NCBI RefSeq assembly: GCF_022539665.2
Contig: NC_081332.1
Coordinates: forward strand, 7,130,001-7,194,000
Reading direction: 5' to 3'
Source of the DNA: Daphnia carinata
Taxonomy: Eukaryota
DNA: 64,000 nucleotides
Shown: positions 25,862 through 36,423 of the stretch, in pieces
Position numbering within the stretch: position 1 is the first letter of the stretch
Layout of the letters: each line of letters opens with the position of its first letter
Notes under the pieces: model-generated
What the model saw: only the letters and a program-made list of their open reading frames with translations
What the model was told of the DNA's origin: nothing
Databases searched by the model: none
Program-made: the position numbers and the translations under genes

Positions 25862-26009
25862 TGGCTGAAAATCCATTACCATCCGCAGCATCAGTGAAAG
25901 AAAACTTTAAGTAAGTCGGGATAGGGGGGAGGAGTGTGCGACCAACCTCAAAGAAACGGTGGACAACTTGTTGAGTGCCAAAAAAGGAAATCGTGGATAA
26001 AGTGTACCC

Positions 26010-26510
26010 TTGCCAGCGGGCCTCCTAGACATCGACAAGGAAATAGCAAAATATTCTGAAGATCTAGTCAACGTACACGTTCACTTCCGAGCCGAGCGAG
26101 AGACCTTGATGAGCAAATACATCGGGTCTCTTTTACGCAAAGTTCGGGAGATGGAACCTGGTGCTCCGCCACCCACGCCAGTCGTCACTCTCAGTCGTCC
26201 ATCGTTCGTCGCCCCGCTACATACGCCTAACATCCCGTGTTTTCTAAAATCACACGTGTCGGGACCGAATCCCTGCAAAAGGATGATCACGGAGTATGAG
26301 GATTTTATGCTCCTCACGAACCAGGATAGGCTAGAACTTCTCTTCGCCCAGCGACGGTGTTTTGGGTGTTTTGTCCCAACCGCCGTCGCTGGGCACACCA
26401 AGATTGCTGATTGTACCCATCCCAGACGTTGCACGTTGTGCAAAACACAAGATCACCATTAGATCTTGTGTGCACCGAAAAAGGCGTACAACAATCTTCC
26501 CACTCATTGA
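26010..26510 (+). CDS. BEL-2 extra 3' ORF with Gag-like Cys/His zinc knuckles
   Basis: LTNQDRLELLFAQRRCFGC...GH...C...CTLC...HH resembles the BEL Gag C-terminal knuckles. In-frame TAG at 26460-26462. Confidence 0.6.
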
Positions 26511-26639
26511 GGATGGCCCTTCATTACAAGTGTTTCGTTGCCGAGTGAAGACTTCACGTTTTGTTCCTTTGTTGTTTGTAATACGTTGGAAGTTATCTTT
26601 TTCTTTGTTTTATGCACCTGTTGTCACGGTGGGTCCCGC

Positions 26640-26999
26640 TGTCACCTACGGTACTGCCCTCGCGGGCAGGGCTGTAGGGGGCACGGGCCCGCAAGTGTAG
26701 TGACCCCTTGTTTGTTCTCTTTTGCCCCCTTTTTTGTGGGAAGGGGTAGTCGTAATTCAGTAACCGTCCAGTATTGTATAAGTAGTCAACCTAAACAAGT
26801 TGTCTTTGTCTTGTCCCATTTTTCCACATCGCTTGTCTCAGTTTTGTTTCCGTTTTTCTCAAATCAAGTGTCTTTGTCCCAAGAAACATAGCGTTCTTTT
26901 TTTTATCATCTCTCATGTCCATTTTCACTCACCCTCTTCAGTTATCACTCATCCCTCATTCTTTCTCTGTTACGACTCTTTTGCACGGAGTCGGTAACA
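26640..26999 (+). repeat. BEL-2 3' LTR
   Basis: gggtcccgc|TGTCACC...GGTAACA, followed by TSD ATGAG. Confidence 0.93.
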
Positions 27000-27190
27000 A
27001 TGAGATTGAAAGGAAAAGATCAAATTGTATGATATTACACCAAAATAAAATTAATCGATTATGTGGTAAAGTAGGTTTGAAATGTTGTTGGATATTGATG
27101 ACTGCAATAATTGGATTGTCAACACTTACCACTACTGGAATGTCTTCACGATTCAAAAGATAAGAAAAGCAGGCATTGTGATATAATAAG

Positions 27191-27917
27191 TGTAACGAAT
27201 CGTCTAGCGAAGCCCCTTCTTACCTTCTTTCTCAATAGACTAGAACCTCATACCTGTAGCCCCTTGTTACTCAGAGCCTTCATTTACTAACCTAGTTGTA
27301 AACTCCCTTAAGAATATAAAAATAATGAAGACATGTCTGGGCACGCTGGCTAAAAATAGATTTATTTCGGTTGGTCCGAGATTGCCCGAAATGGCCTAAA
27401 ACCGCCCGACCGATTTCAAGCTATCGTCCAAATTCGTTCGATACCGCCCGAATTTGCCCGCCTATACCTCTTCATTGCGCCCAAAATCGCCCGATATCGC
27501 CGCCTATCCGTTAACACTGTCCCGTAGACTCACACGGTCGATGGCTAACATATAAGAAGCCATCGACAACTCACAGTAGTTAGTCGATCCTGGAAACACT
27601 ATCTCGTGTAGACCTTCAGCGCCCTTCCGAGCCGCTACCTCATCCTCTCCAGCTGAAGCGTAAGTCTTCTCTTAATAATATTCGCTACTTGTCTTAGCTA
27701 TCCATTGGTCGTGTAAGCCAAGTAACATACGCCACTGGAGGCCCTTGCCTTCGATCTGTTCAATCTATTGACTACTTGTAATCTCTTAATACACGTTATT
27801 CTATCGTACACGTATTGTCTTACGCTTATTTGTACACGACATTGTGAGTAGCAGCGCCGCGTTTAGTTGTATTTTCAGTATTGGAGGCAACATGACAACG
27901 TCGTGTCCTCCTCTACA
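27191..27917 (+). repeat. Gypsy-A 5' LTR
   Basis: TGTAACG...CTCTACA. TATA box near 27551. GTAAGT at 27660. Confidence 0.96.
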
Positions 27918-27919
27918 TC

Positions 27920-27932
27920 TGGTGGCAGCGGT
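27920..27932 (+). promoter_or_regulatory. PBS complementary to the tRNA-Leu 3' end
   Basis: TGGTGGCAGCGGT two nt after the LTR, the reverse complement of ...ACCGCTGCCACCA. The same PBS core is at 42677. Confidence 0.85.
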
Positions 27933-29916
27933 TTTTGAACTCACTTACAATGTCGTTGTATACAGGTGCTAAGCCTAAGACAAAACGTACCTTTTTAAAA
28001 AAAACTAGCAAATCTGATGACACTTCTACAGAAATTTTTGATAACCCCAATTCCACAAACGAATTAACTCAGTCTGTCACTTATATGACCTTCGACCCCT
28101 TACCCTTTCGGAAAAGATCTACCCGTTCTACACTCAATTACGCACCATTGAACCAAGTAGATAACCCAGAGGCTATTTTACGATCCAAGCGGATACGCGT
28201 TCAGGACACCGATAGCACAAACCTGTCTCTCTCAGTAGAAAAGATTGCTAACTTTTCACCAAAAAAATCGCCGACGAAACAGTCTGATTTATCAATAAGT
28301 CGTGAAATTCTACACGGAGAGTACATGGAGATAGAGACCATAGCTACCGAATTAAGCCCTATTCTCCCGGCAACACAGACCGCCCTTATTCCTGAATCAC
28401 TTAGCATAAGCGAACCCCCCAAAATCTGTCTAGTAATTGGCGAAGAAGACCAAACACAACTCAACGTCCCGACAAATAATTCGGTTTTAGAAGAAATCGA
28501 ACCGGTCAATAAGATCAGCATAGAAAATAACGAAACCATCATATCCCATCACGATTTGGTAGACAATCACACCACAGAAAAAAACGAACGAAACTATTAG
28601 TGAAAACCTAACAAAAAACACAATATCCGACACTCCACACCCTTCCCCTACAGCTTCCGATTCATTCTTTGAGTTAGTCGATCGCCTCTCAGGTCACCTC
28701 CACATTGCACCACCAAATACCGACACCAACACCCCACCGACAAATATTCCATCACACACGCTCAACTCAACCATAGAAGTCATTAACAACCCCATACCTT
28801 TTGTACCTTACGTCGGTATCGACGACATCCTTGCGGCTCTAAGCCAACACAGCAACGCTATTGGCGGAGACAAAGAGAGCAACGATATCATAGAATTCCC
28901 CCTAAAAACCGAACCAACGCATGGAAAAGTGGATAATCACCACAAGAATCGTGACGTTACACAACCAATACGCCCATACACTTCGGCAGGAATTACTACG
29001 TATACGGCCGGCATACCCGCAAGCCAGTGTAATAATCACCTATATAACAACGACACTAGAGGAAAAACCATCTGAACAACAAATTCACTCCCTGCGACAG
29101 GCCATTTTGCGTGCACATCTAGAGATTTGCGACCAACACTCCCACTTTCCACTTCCACCTCACTTTTTCGACCTATTACACAAACTAGTCGAACTCGTAG
29201 GGAAGACGAAAATTACGGAAGTCCAACAAACCGCAAAACAGGCAGTGAACGATCTGACAGTCCTTTTGTGTGCATTTGTGACGGCTGCCTTAACCGAAAC
29301 CAAGTCTGTCCTGCACTTCATCAAAACAACGGATCATTCGTGCAAACAGCACAAGCATTCACAGAAGTGCTCCAGAAGCAAGCACAGCCCAAGCGCACGA
29401 CACACCAGGGAATTCACTTTCTTATACGGCCAATCAAAAACCTTGCAACGATTCTAAACACAAAGTAGCAGATAGCAATTACGCTATTCTGTACCAGAAT
29501 CAGCCAACTGATCAAACCACTGCTAGACCTCAGCCGCGTTACAGTTCTCTCGCCGTCATTGAAGGCCAAAGTTCAGCTTCTCGGAACCCAAATACAAACC
29601 AACAAGTTTATTACCCTCCACAAGAAATACAAAACCCTTACACACTCGGGATTGATACTAATCGAGCTCAGCCTCTAGTCCAAATCGACACACATACGTC
29701 GTATCCGACAGGAACGGACTTCAAGACAACCGAAGGAAATACAAAAACCTGAGGGCTCCACGGCGATCGCTCAACCCCCCCAATCGATCGAACACAAAGA
29801 GCATTCATTCAAGGGAAAAGAGACCTATAATTTCAATACCGAGAACAATCAAGAAATGGTTACACCGAAATACCCACCGAAAAACCGAACAACGAAAAGG
29901 CAGAGAAGCTATTACC

Positions 29917-31092
29917 ATGCTGAATCAACTCCAAAATTTTTCGGGGAGTACCGCCGTCCGCTTCGATCGTTGGATTAAACTTTTCGACAACGTCGTTGAC
30001 ATGTCCAACTGGGACAATTCCGAAATAATTAGCATGCTGTCAACTAAAATGTCAGGCGAAGCTTATGACTTATTACAAAATATCTTGGAATCCAGCGATA
30101 CTTACGAGTACGAAGACATAAAAAAACTCTTCCAAGAAAATTACCACGGTTCCGAAGACATCGATTTCTACCAAATCCAGTTCGACGAAATACAACGAAA
30201 ACCGAAAGAGAATATTTTAAATTACGCCTACAGACTGAAAACTCTCTATAAACGCGCTTATCCCTCCAATTACCAAGAAACGCCCGAAGAACAAACAACG
30301 CAACTAAGATTACTTAGGCAAAAATTCCTGCAAGGACTTGAAGCGGAACTACAAAACATCGTAAGACACAAAATGGTGTCCAGTTTTGAAGAGCTGGTGT
30401 CCATCACACAGAAATACGCAAAGCGCGTCCAGTCGGATATAATAGAAAAAGACAAACGGATATTTGTTAATGCAGTGACAAATACCCCAAATGATACAGC
30501 AATATTAAACGCAATCGAAAAACAAAGTGACCATATCAACTCAATCGCCTCTTGCCTGAAAATAGCCACCACGGAACCTACTCGACAAGAAACAAACATA
30601 TCGCCTGAATTGGACAACAAAATCGACCGCCTAACGGATGTCATTACGAATCTAGGCAACCTCATGCGCACGAACTTCCGACAAGAGAATGGAAACCATT
30701 ACCCAATAAGAAACAACCCCAATTATCCCCCTAAACAGGTCAACTTCTCAGACCCCGCCCCAAGTAACACTTTCACTTGCCAAGGCCAAATGAATGGGTT
30801 CCGTCAGCCTTTCACAAATACTTTCGGTAAACACAACGAAAACACCCCAGGTCAACAACCCTTCCAGCAAAACAGGTCGGCGCAAAACGCCGCAGGGTGT
30901 TCCAACTGCGGACTCACAAACCATAGCATTGAATCTTGCTTCCGATTCCTGAGGCAACAGACAACACCGGGAACGCCACCTACCTGTTATTTTTGCCAAC
31001 AGTTGGGGCATATAGCGAAATTTTGCCCCAATAAGAAAAACTTAATAAGGTCCAATGAAATTAAGGATGCTACGAATCAGGAAAACGAATAA
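29917..31092 (+). CDS. gag: Gypsy-A gag core (capsid plus two CCHC knuckles)
   Basis: FSGSTAVRFDRWIKLFD, ENILNYAYRL, CSNCGLTNHSIESC, CYFCQQLGHIAKFC. Confidence 0.9.
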   Translation: MLNQLQNFSGSTAVRFDRWIKLFDNVVDMSNWDNSEIISMLSTKMSGEAYDLLQNILESSDTYEYEDIKKLFQENYHGSEDIDFYQIQFDEIQRKPKENILNYAYRLKTLYKRAYPSNYQETPEEQTTQLRLLRQKFLQGLEAELQNIVRHKMVSSFEELVSITQKYAKRVQSDIIEKDKRIFVNAVTNTPNDTAILNAIEKQSDHINSIASCLKIATTEPTRQETNISPELDNKIDRLTDVITNLGNLMRTNFRQENGNHYPIRNNPNYPPKQVNFSDPAPSNTFTCQGQMNGFRQPFTNTFGKHNENTPGQQPFQQNRSAQNAAGCSNCGLTNHSIESCFRFLRQQTTPGTPPTCYFCQQLGHIAKFCPNKKNLIRSNEIKDATNQENE

Positions 31093-34000
31093 GGGCCGGC
31101 CTTAGAATAGGGTCGCCAGAGAATAGGTCAGTAAGCCCCGAACCATTATCATCAGTCGCAAAAATTACAGCATTCAGTAAATCAGCAGCCCCACGACTTT
31201 CCGTAAAGATTCACAATACTCCGTTTAAAGCATTATTCGATACTGGCGCGGCCAGGAGCCAATTACATATAGATATTTTTAATCAAATAACGTCGGAACA
31301 TCAACTAAGTTGCTCTGAGTCTGACGTAGAATTATACGATGTGCACAATAGGAAACTGTTCACATTAGGGATAGTCTCCCTACCTGTTGTTTACGGCGCC
31401 AATATACTAGACCAAGAATTTATTGTCACCAATGGTATTTCCGAAGCATGTATATTGGGTTTGGACGCCGCAGACAAACACGAGTTTATTTTTGATGGCC
31501 GTTCTAAAACAATATTCCTCGTCCGTGACAGACCAGAAAGTAAACTAGAAGTAAAACAAGAGGGTTTATTACCGAAGGGCCAAGAGCCAATAGTTAAAAG
31601 TACCATGACTTTAGTTAAAAGGGTCTTAATTGCACTCAGATCTTCTCAAGTCGTGAAAGCCACATTTCAGGAGACTGGTAATATTATGGACACCAGTCCT
31701 CTCTTTTTATTTTCCCAGAGTATGGATTCACCTGAAGGAATATTTATAGTCGATTTCGTAAATGCTAGGAACAGAAACGGAAGATATCAGATCGTTGTGG
31801 AAAATAAATCCAATAGGGCACATACTCTGCCGAGGGATAGTCCCCTAGGAGAGGTAGAACTTTCTTGTCAGCAATACTGCAATCTGCTATTGCAGATCGA
31901 ACTAGAAGAATCATCTAAAGAAAAAACTGCCTTTATCGTAGAAAATAACCTATACGAATTTGTTAGAATGCCTTTTGGATAATGTAATGCGCCGGTTACC
32001 TTCCAGCGATTAGTGAACCATATATTAAGATATGTTGCAGGTCAGAAAGCCCTAGTTTATTTAGATGACTTAATTATTTTTTCCGACTCCTTCGAAAGCC
32101 ATCTGAGCGACATTCGGGAAGTCTTCTCTTTAATTAAAAACGCAGGATTAAAATTAAAACTAAAGAAATGTCAATTCTTGAAACAAGCAGTAAATTATCT
32201 GGTGCATATCATTTCCACCGACGGTATCGGCCCGGGCCCAGACAAAATAGACAAAATAGCTAATTATAAAGTTCCAACGTCAGCCGAAGAAGTACGATCC
32301 TTTTCAGGATTAGCTGGGTATTATCGACGCTTTATCGAAAATTTCGGAGCTATTGCCCAACCATTAACCGCAAAAACCCATAAAAATGCATTAAACAGAT
32401 CCTTCGTCTGGTCGGATGACGATCAAAAGGCTTTCGAAAAACTGCGTACATTTTTAATCACTCCCCACTATTAGCATACCCTAACTTCGACCTCGAATTT
32501 TTATTGTTCACCGATGCCTGCGATTACGGAATCGGCTCTGTTCTTTCACAGATACAACACGGTGTAGAAAAACCCATAGCATACGCGAGTCGACAACTAA
32601 AACCGGCTGAACAAAAATACGCTACAGTAGAAAAAGAGGCATTAGCAGTTGTATTCTCTATTAAGCATTTCCGACACTACTTGCTAGATAAACCATTTAC
32701 GGTGATTAGCGATCACCGCCCTCTTCAATGGTTGGAAGAACAGAAAGACAACAACGGCAGATTAGGCCGTTGGGCTATTTTATTAGCCGGTACCAACTAC
32801 AACATTAAGTATCGGCCAGGACGCGTACACCAAAACGCCGATTGCCTGTCACGCCTTCGTGTCGCTCATATTCATATGGATAACGCAGAAATAGATATAG
32901 TAGCTAGCCAAACTACAGACCCATTATGTCAAGCAATAAGGAAATATCTAGACGACGGAGTCCTCTCCGACGAGGACGAAAAGAATATGCCAATCTGGGC
33001 AAAAGAAATTAGTTTCTACCAAGTTACAAATAGTGTACTTTACAGAATAGAAACATCAACGGCAAAAAGCCGGAGAAATATTCTGAACCCCCAGGTTATC
33101 CTGCCCCTTACGTTACGACGGGCAGTATTAAAACAAATGCACGACGAACCTATTTCAGGCCACCTCGCTTTCCTTAGAACCTATCTAAAAGTCAAAAATA
33201 ATTACTACTGGCCCACAATGAGAAAAGACATAAAAGAATATTGCTCTGCTTGCGAAATGTGTATTGCAAACACTAATTCTACACTGAGAGCCTTCCTTTT
33301 CCCCCACGAATTAGCTAAATTTCCATTCCAGATTATAGGAATAGACTTTTTGGGTCCGATCCAACCAATATCCCCTAATGGAAATAACTGTATTTGCGTA
33401 ATCACCGATTACTTCACGAAGTACGTCATCGCCGTTGCCCTACCCGACCAAACTGCCCGCACCACGGCCGAATGCGTGTATAAAAATGTTGTATTGACCC
33501 ACGGGGCCCCACTAGCTATCGTCTCTGATAGAGGACCGAATTTTACCTCCGGTCTATTTAAATACTTTTGTAAACAACTTAACATCGAACAAAGATTCAC
33601 TACGGCATATAACCCAGCAAGCAATGGGGAAACGGAAAGATTTAACCGAACCCTCACCACGATGCTAAGAAAAGAACTCGTAGATGGGCAACATCATAAT
33701 TGGGAAGATGTATTGGGAGAAATCTGTTTCGCATACCGCGCCTCCGTTCACTCCTCCACCAACGAGTCACCTTACTATATGATGCACAGCCGTGACTGTA
33801 ACATGCCTATAAACACAATTCTGGGAGCAACTTCTGAAGCCATACCCTCATCATGTGGTTACGTCGATACACTGCTCGAAAGACTACGATATAGCTTTCA
33901 CCGGACACGGGAAGAAAATGAAAGAGCCAGGGAACGCCAAAAGGAACAATACAACAAAAGGGCCAAAATATTTAATTACAGACCGGGAGATCGAGTCTTA

Positions 34001-34555
34001 TTAGATGTCCGGGTGGTGCAAAAAGGAGACAACAGGAAATTTACATCGAAATTTCGAGGCCCTTATCGCGTCGTCAAAGTGTACTCAAATCGCCCAGTGG
34101 ACATAGCAGACAATTCATATAACTGCCAACTAGTGCACAGTAATCGACTTAAACCGTTGTACGAGACAATGTTATGGACAGACGAACCCATGCCAGATAT
34201 CGAGCCTGCGGTCGAACCAAACGACCAATTTCGGAAACACATCGCTACTCAAACTTGTGTAGAGGAACAATTGGATAGTGAAAACAACTCCGACCAGGCT
34301 ATAGTGGAACGAAGTGATGTTACAAACACTATCGAACTAGAAAATAATGCGTCACAAAGTGAGGCTACATTAGTACCGCCGAATTCAACTGCGCCAAACC
34401 TAGATGATGTGATTCTCGAACACATGTGCAACACGTCCATTGCAACCCCGAATGGCAATTCCCACGGTTGCGTGCCAGGTCAACAATCAAACCAAGGACG
34501 CGTCTTATCTCGGAAATCTAAACAAAAAAAAAAAAAAAAAAAAAAAAAACAATAG
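31080..34555 (+). pseudogene. pol: Gypsy-A pol (PR, RT with N-terminal deletion, RNaseH, INT)
   Basis: ALFDTGA, YLDD, FTDACDYGIG, HHCC domain, IDFLGP, SDRGPNF, GPY. The N-terminal RT segment seen in Gypsy-B (46337-46705) is absent near 31880. Stop at 31982 and frameshift near 32470. Confidence 0.93.
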
Positions 34556-34799
34556 CGTAGAATAGGGCAGGCAATATAAAAACATTTACCCTTAAAACAA
34601 ATCAATAAACTAATAAAAAAAAAAAAAAAAAAGGGGGAGTGCGCAAGGAAGGACCATCGCGACTGTTTACAATCAGGTCAACACGCCCTAGCAAGTTCAT
34701 AAGCTCCCTGCTACGTTACAAGGGACGACAAGGAGTATTTAAGCAACTGCAAAACGACAACCAAACATCCACTTCACCTTCAACATCACCAGCAAGAAC

Positions 34800-35111
34800 A
34801 TGTCTGACAAATGGGAACCGCTCTCCGACGAGGATTGGAGCCTCATTGAGAATGTCTGGGCAAACGGAAGCCCCTGGAACAGCACCATTGACTTGGACGC
34901 TTCCTACGACACGGACGAAACGGCTAAGCTTCCAGACGACCGCTCCCCGTCCGAGAAGATAGGCCAGGGCCTCTCGGATGAAGATTTAGACGCCTACTTC
35001 TCGAACCCCGGCAGCCTGAACCATCTGGTCGAGAACGAGGCAGGGAACACTGACTGGGGGAAAATTTCTCGCCCTAGACCGCTATGTGGCCCGTCTGAAG
35101 AACGGCACTAG
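34800..35111 (+). CDS. Small acidic accessory ORF between pol and env
   Basis: 103-aa D/E/W-rich ORF with ATG in an A(-3) context, flanked by poly-A tracts. Coding status is inferred only. Confidence 0.4.
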   Translation: MSDKWEPLSDEDWSLIENVWANGSPWNSTIDLDASYDTDETAKLPDDRSPSEKIGQGLSDEDLDAYFSNPGSLNHLVENEAGNTDWGKISRPRPLCGPSEERH

Positions 35112-36423
35112 CACAAGGAAATGGACGCCGTTCGGCCTCCCTACCATGGAATGGCAACCCTACGGCTTCATCACGAAAGCGAAAAAAGCGACCGACGACA
35201 ACAAACTACGGTCAACCGGCCAAGGTTGGCTGCCCACCAAAATGGAGACAATTTTACTGATGTTTTGTGCAATCCTCTTTATTTTTGTATTGTTTTTCTT
35301 TAAGTAATAACAAATAAAAAAAAAAAAAAAAAAAAGAACCCTTAAACTTCTTTTCTACCCTTGGATTTATCATATATAAAAAAAAAGTAGTAACAATAAA
35401 GAAAGAAATGATTCAAAAAAACAAACAAACAAACAAACAAAGTAAAAAAAAAATAAACGAAAAAAAAAAATAATAACTAAACAACAAAAATAAATATATA
35501 ATAAACAAAACAAAATAACATAAAACAGTGCATATACGAACTCCTCCTACTTCATATGTATTCCTTTTTTTTCATGTGCCGAACATACGCCGCATGACGT
35601 ATGACGCGCCACCTATAGTTTCCTCGCCACACGCCATCTTCCAAAAACAGCATTGCCATGTCTCCCCAACCATTTTCTCGCATCCCTTTACTTTCAAAAA
35701 AAAAAAAAAAAAAAAAGAAGGGCAGCATTGCCATATCTGCCTGACCATTTCCGCGTACCCACCCTATTTTCCACAAACAGCATTGCCATGTCTCAACAAA
35801 CGGTTCCTCGCCCAATATATTCCCTCAGCAGCATTGCCATGTCTCTTCAAGCCTATTGTGATCCTCCTTTCCTTCTGATTTACAACGTTGCCGTTCCCTG
35901 GTTTTCCAATCCTAGTTTACGCCATTATTGGCCATTACTTAGCTACCTTTATTACCCTATTAGCGATCTTCAACAAAAAAAAAATTTTTCTTTTTTTTTT
36001 TAAGTGCAAGATACATAGAAATAAATTTTAATTCAAGCAAATATTACCAAAATACAACAACAACAAAAAAGTTTAAGGCCCAGTCGTCGGATACGGGTTT
36101 GTGGGGTTTGAACCCACGTCCAGCCTGCAGCATTTGCATGGCAGGCCACTGCGATGGTAAACGGCGACACTAAATGGCAGACCAATGCGGCAAACTACGA
36201 CTATGATAAGATTATGTTTAGTATTCGCAAAATCCCACAACTACAATTTATTCTACATACTATTAATAATATTTTGTCCCCGTACGTTCCTCCTTATCAT
36301 TCCCATACGAATATGTTAACCCCTTGATAATTATATTCCAAACAAACAAAAAAAAATGGAAAAGAAAAAGTACTGCCAGAAATATGGTAGTTAAACAAAA
36401 ATGTTTTTATGATTTCCCAGATC

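Larger units (their letters stand above)
12294..26999 (+). mobile_element. BEL/Pao LTR retrotransposon (BEL-2, outer), TSD ATGAG
   Basis: 5' LTR tgtcacctacgg... (12294-12408 plus 17434-17662) matches 3' LTR 26640-26999. ATGAG at 12289-12293 and 27000-27004. Confidence 0.93.

Noticed and set aside
34520..35530. Poly-A tracts as retroposed-insert tails
   Set aside because: No flanking TSDs or recognisable SINE body; likely intrinsic A-rich UTR with uncertain homopolymer lengths.
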